Assembly: GCA_043803685.1 (NCBI GenBank)
Contig: JAZDJU010000028.1
Span: forward strand, 1-17,139
Reading direction: 5' to 3'
DNA from: Candidatus Omnitrophota bacterium
GTDB lineage: Bacteria; Omnitrophota; Omnitrophia; Omnitrophales; Aquincolibacteriaceae
DNA: 17,139 bases
Positions within the stretch are counted from its first letter, which is position 1; every line of letters begins with the position of its first letter. Under the pieces are notes generated by a model. It was not told the DNA's origin. It saw only the letters and a program-made list of their open reading frames with translations, and searched no databases. The position numbers and the translations under genes were made by a program. Positions 15,394 through 17,139 of this stretch are shown piece after piece.

Positions 15394-15580
15394 AGGGGTT
15401 CTCCTGAGTTCTTGCGGTTTGAGTGGCGTAGCTGTCCGCCGCGCCCTGGATAGGGGCTTGCACGACGGCTAAGGCAGTGCCGACGGGTTGGCCGACGGGG
15501 GAGACGGTGTCATAGGCTGTTTTTCCGGCGCATCCCGCGAGCAAAACAAGCACTAAAGATGCAAAAAGTGTCCGTGTCAT
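15383..15580 (-). CDS. Small lipoprotein
   Basis: Lipobox LLAGC; ATGA overlap with the stop of the CsgG-like gene (translational coupling). Confidence 0.8.
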   Translation of the reverse strand: MTRTLFASLVLVLLAGCAGKTAYDTVSPVGQPVGTALAVVQAPIQGAADSYATQTARTQENPYGR

Positions 15581-16485
15581 TGAAGAGCCTCCACAATATC
15601 TCCGGCTTGGGCCGGTTGGCTGAGAAAAACGACCTTGGCCTTGCTGTACTTCTCCATCGCTTCTTCGACGTTGACGGTCCCAAGGACTTTCGCTTCCTGG
15701 CCGAGATCCATTCCGGTATCGGGATCGATGAGGGTTTCGCTAGGTCTTAAGACCCTCAGGACCTGGCCTTTGGCCATTCCGCCTTGTGTCCCGACATTGA
15801 CCAGGACCATGCCTTCCGCGTCGACTTTGATGACCTTGCCTTTCCACGGAACTGCCGCCATCTGGGTGGCGATATACTGAACCGCGCGATCGATGGCCAT
15901 TTGAGTGGCTTTGCCCATGGGCGTTTTTTTGAACGCCGACTGTCCGAAATCAACGACTCCAGCGCTTGCCGAAAAGGCGACCCCGCCTTCCGAGGCGTCA
16001 CCTTCCACGCGCTGGGAGGCAAGGACCTGGGAGGTCGTCGTATCGATCAGACGGATGATGACCGCGACATGTGCCGTTGCCGAATTGTTGCGAAGGGAGA
16101 CCCCGTAAAGACTGAGTCCCTGTCCGCCGCTGGACTTATTTTCATCGAATTCCGTGACCGCTCCCTGGATGATGATCTGGGCTTTTTTGATGTTACCGGT
16201 TTGCGCGCCGGCGCCGGCTTGGGAGGCGCGGGAACTGGCGGCGAGATTCTGCTCGGCCAGGACTGCGTCGAGCCCTTGGCGTTCCAGGACAATGAACTGG
16301 CCGCTCTGGATCAGGGAATCAGTGAGCATGTCCGCCATGCCGGTGCCGATATTCCATTCGCCGGACGCGTTCGTTTTATTCTCGAATTCCGAGACCGCGA
16401 CCGTTTTCTTTAATGCCGCGGCATGAGCGACACTGCAACAGGTTAAAAAGAACAGGATGTTCACAAAAACCGCTAATTTTCGCAT
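15577..16485 (-). CDS. CsgG/HfaB-family protein with a C-terminal FlgT-like beta domain
   Basis: VAVSEFENK..GMADMLTDSLIQSGQFIVLERQGLDAVLAEQ..IIQGAVTEF motif, C-terminal LIDPDTGMDLG, signal peptide AHA, AAAGGA RBS. Confidence 0.88.
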   Translation of the reverse strand: MRKLAVFVNILFFLTCCSVAHAAALKKTVAVSEFENKTNASGEWNIGTGMADMLTDSLIQSGQFIVLERQGLDAVLAEQNLAASSRASQAGAGAQTGNIKKAQIIIQGAVTEFDENKSSGGQGLSLYGVSLRNNSATAHVAVIIRLIDTTTSQVLASQRVEGDASEGGVAFSASAGVVDFGQSAFKKTPMGKATQMAIDRAVQYIATQMAAVPWKGKVIKVDAEGMVLVNVGTQGGMAKGQVLRVLRPSETLIDPDTGMDLGQEAKVLGTVNVEEAMEKYSKAKVVFLSQPAQAGDIVEALQ

Positions 16486-16570
16486 GGGTCTGGGTCCTTT
16501 TTGGGTGGTTGAAAGAGTGGCGGCATTATAGTTTTACTGTCTGACCTTACGCAAGGAGTTCCTTCTCAGC

Positions 16571-16614
16571 CACACTTCCAAGACCCGGTTCTAGAACCGG
16601 GTCTTGGAAGTGTG
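16571..16614. repeat. Perfect 44-bp palindrome (REP-like), copy 2
   Basis: CACACTTCCAAGACCCGGTTCT|AGAACCGGGTCTTGGAAGTGTG, 11 bp downstream of the DsrE-like stop. Confidence 0.9.
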
Positions 16615-16625
16615 TGGCCCATGGA

Positions 16626-17138
16626 TCAGATGAAGAGATTGACGTTCCCGCTCTCCGCTTGTTGGAGATACATGGCCACGCCGCCGGTCTCGACGCCGTC
16701 GATCATTTCCTCTTTCTTGATGCCCATGAGGTCCATGGACATCGTGCAGGCGACGAGGCGCACGCCGGAGGCCTGGGCGCTGGCGATGAGCTCGGAGAGG
16801 GAAGCGACGTTCTTCTTTTTCATGATCCCCTTGATCATCCGGAGTCCCATGCCTCCCATGTTCATTTTTGAGAGGGAAAGTTTCTCGGCGCCCCGCGGCA
16901 TCATGAAACCGAACATCGATTCGATCATATTTTTCCGGGCCGGTTCGCAGTTTTTATTTCTTAAGGCGTTAAGGCCCCAAAAAGTGAAGAAGAGCGTGAC
17001 ATCACTGCCCATCGCGAGCGCCCCATTCGCGATCACGAACGCGGCCATGACTTTGTCAAAATCCGAACTGAAAACAACGATCGTTTTTTTCTTGGAAAGG
17101 TCCGATGGCGTATTTTGAACAGCCGACGGACCCCGTTT
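16626..17138 (-). CDS. DsrE/DsrF/DrsH-like sulfur-relay domain; C-terminal part of a longer protein (5'-truncated)
   Basis: The frame stays open to the window edge: ...KKTIVVFSSDFDKVMAAFVIANGA..LFFTFWGL..LVACTMSMDLMGI..NLFI*. This domain often ends CoA-disulfide reductase/rhodanese/TusA fusions. Confidence 0.9.
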   Translation of the reverse strand, partial: KRGPSAVQNTPSDLSKKKTIVVFSSDFDKVMAAFVIANGALAMGSDVTLFFTFWGLNALRNKNCEPARKNMIESMFGFMMPRGAEKLSLSKMNMGGMGLRMIKGIMKKKNVASLSELIASAQASGVRLVACTMSMDLMGIKKEEMIDGVETGGVAMYLQQAESGNVNLFI

Positions 17139-17139
17139 C

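Noticed and set aside
6306..16413. Long antisense or alternative-frame ORFs (e.g. 6306-7283, 11659-12357, 12390-12944, 13164-13745, 15784-16413)
   Set aside because: They are shadows of well-supported genes on the opposite strand and have no recognisable motifs.
15577..16485. Naming the gene csgG as part of a curli system
   Set aside because: No csgA/B/E/F neighbours are present, and the extra C-terminal domain points to the broader CsgG/HfaB/FlgT-like family.

Overview
Bacterial accessory region; the gene content and repeat types would fit a PVC-group lineage such as Omnitrophota, but that is a guess. Bases 1-~3983 look like the right end of an AT-rich integrative element. It holds the 3' end of an IS30-family transposase and a 1178-aa all-helical orphan protein (candidate defence gene), then arm-type repeats and a degenerate 3' tRNA-Met(CAT) fragment that marks an att site. 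After this comes a string of functionally unrelated genes: secreted hypothetical protein, MerR regulator, EHP-repeat protein, transglutaminase-like lipoprotein, BatD-like/vWA fusion, secreted 2H phosphoesterase, AAA+/DUF4143 ATPase, patatin lipoprotein, receiver protein and DUF3800 protein. The minus strand then carries a PLD-HTH protein, a CsgG-like three-gene cluster and a truncated DsrE-like gene. Almost every spacer carries short repeats. The two most striking non-coding signals are (i) a promoter-bearing, three-way-junction RNA antisense to the 3' end of the DUF3800 gene (candidate RNA-protein toxin-antitoxin-like module) and (ii) a 30-bp hairpin mini-element inserted three times at the same TG^TCCC target inside other repeats, one copy carrying a further 12-bp insert.
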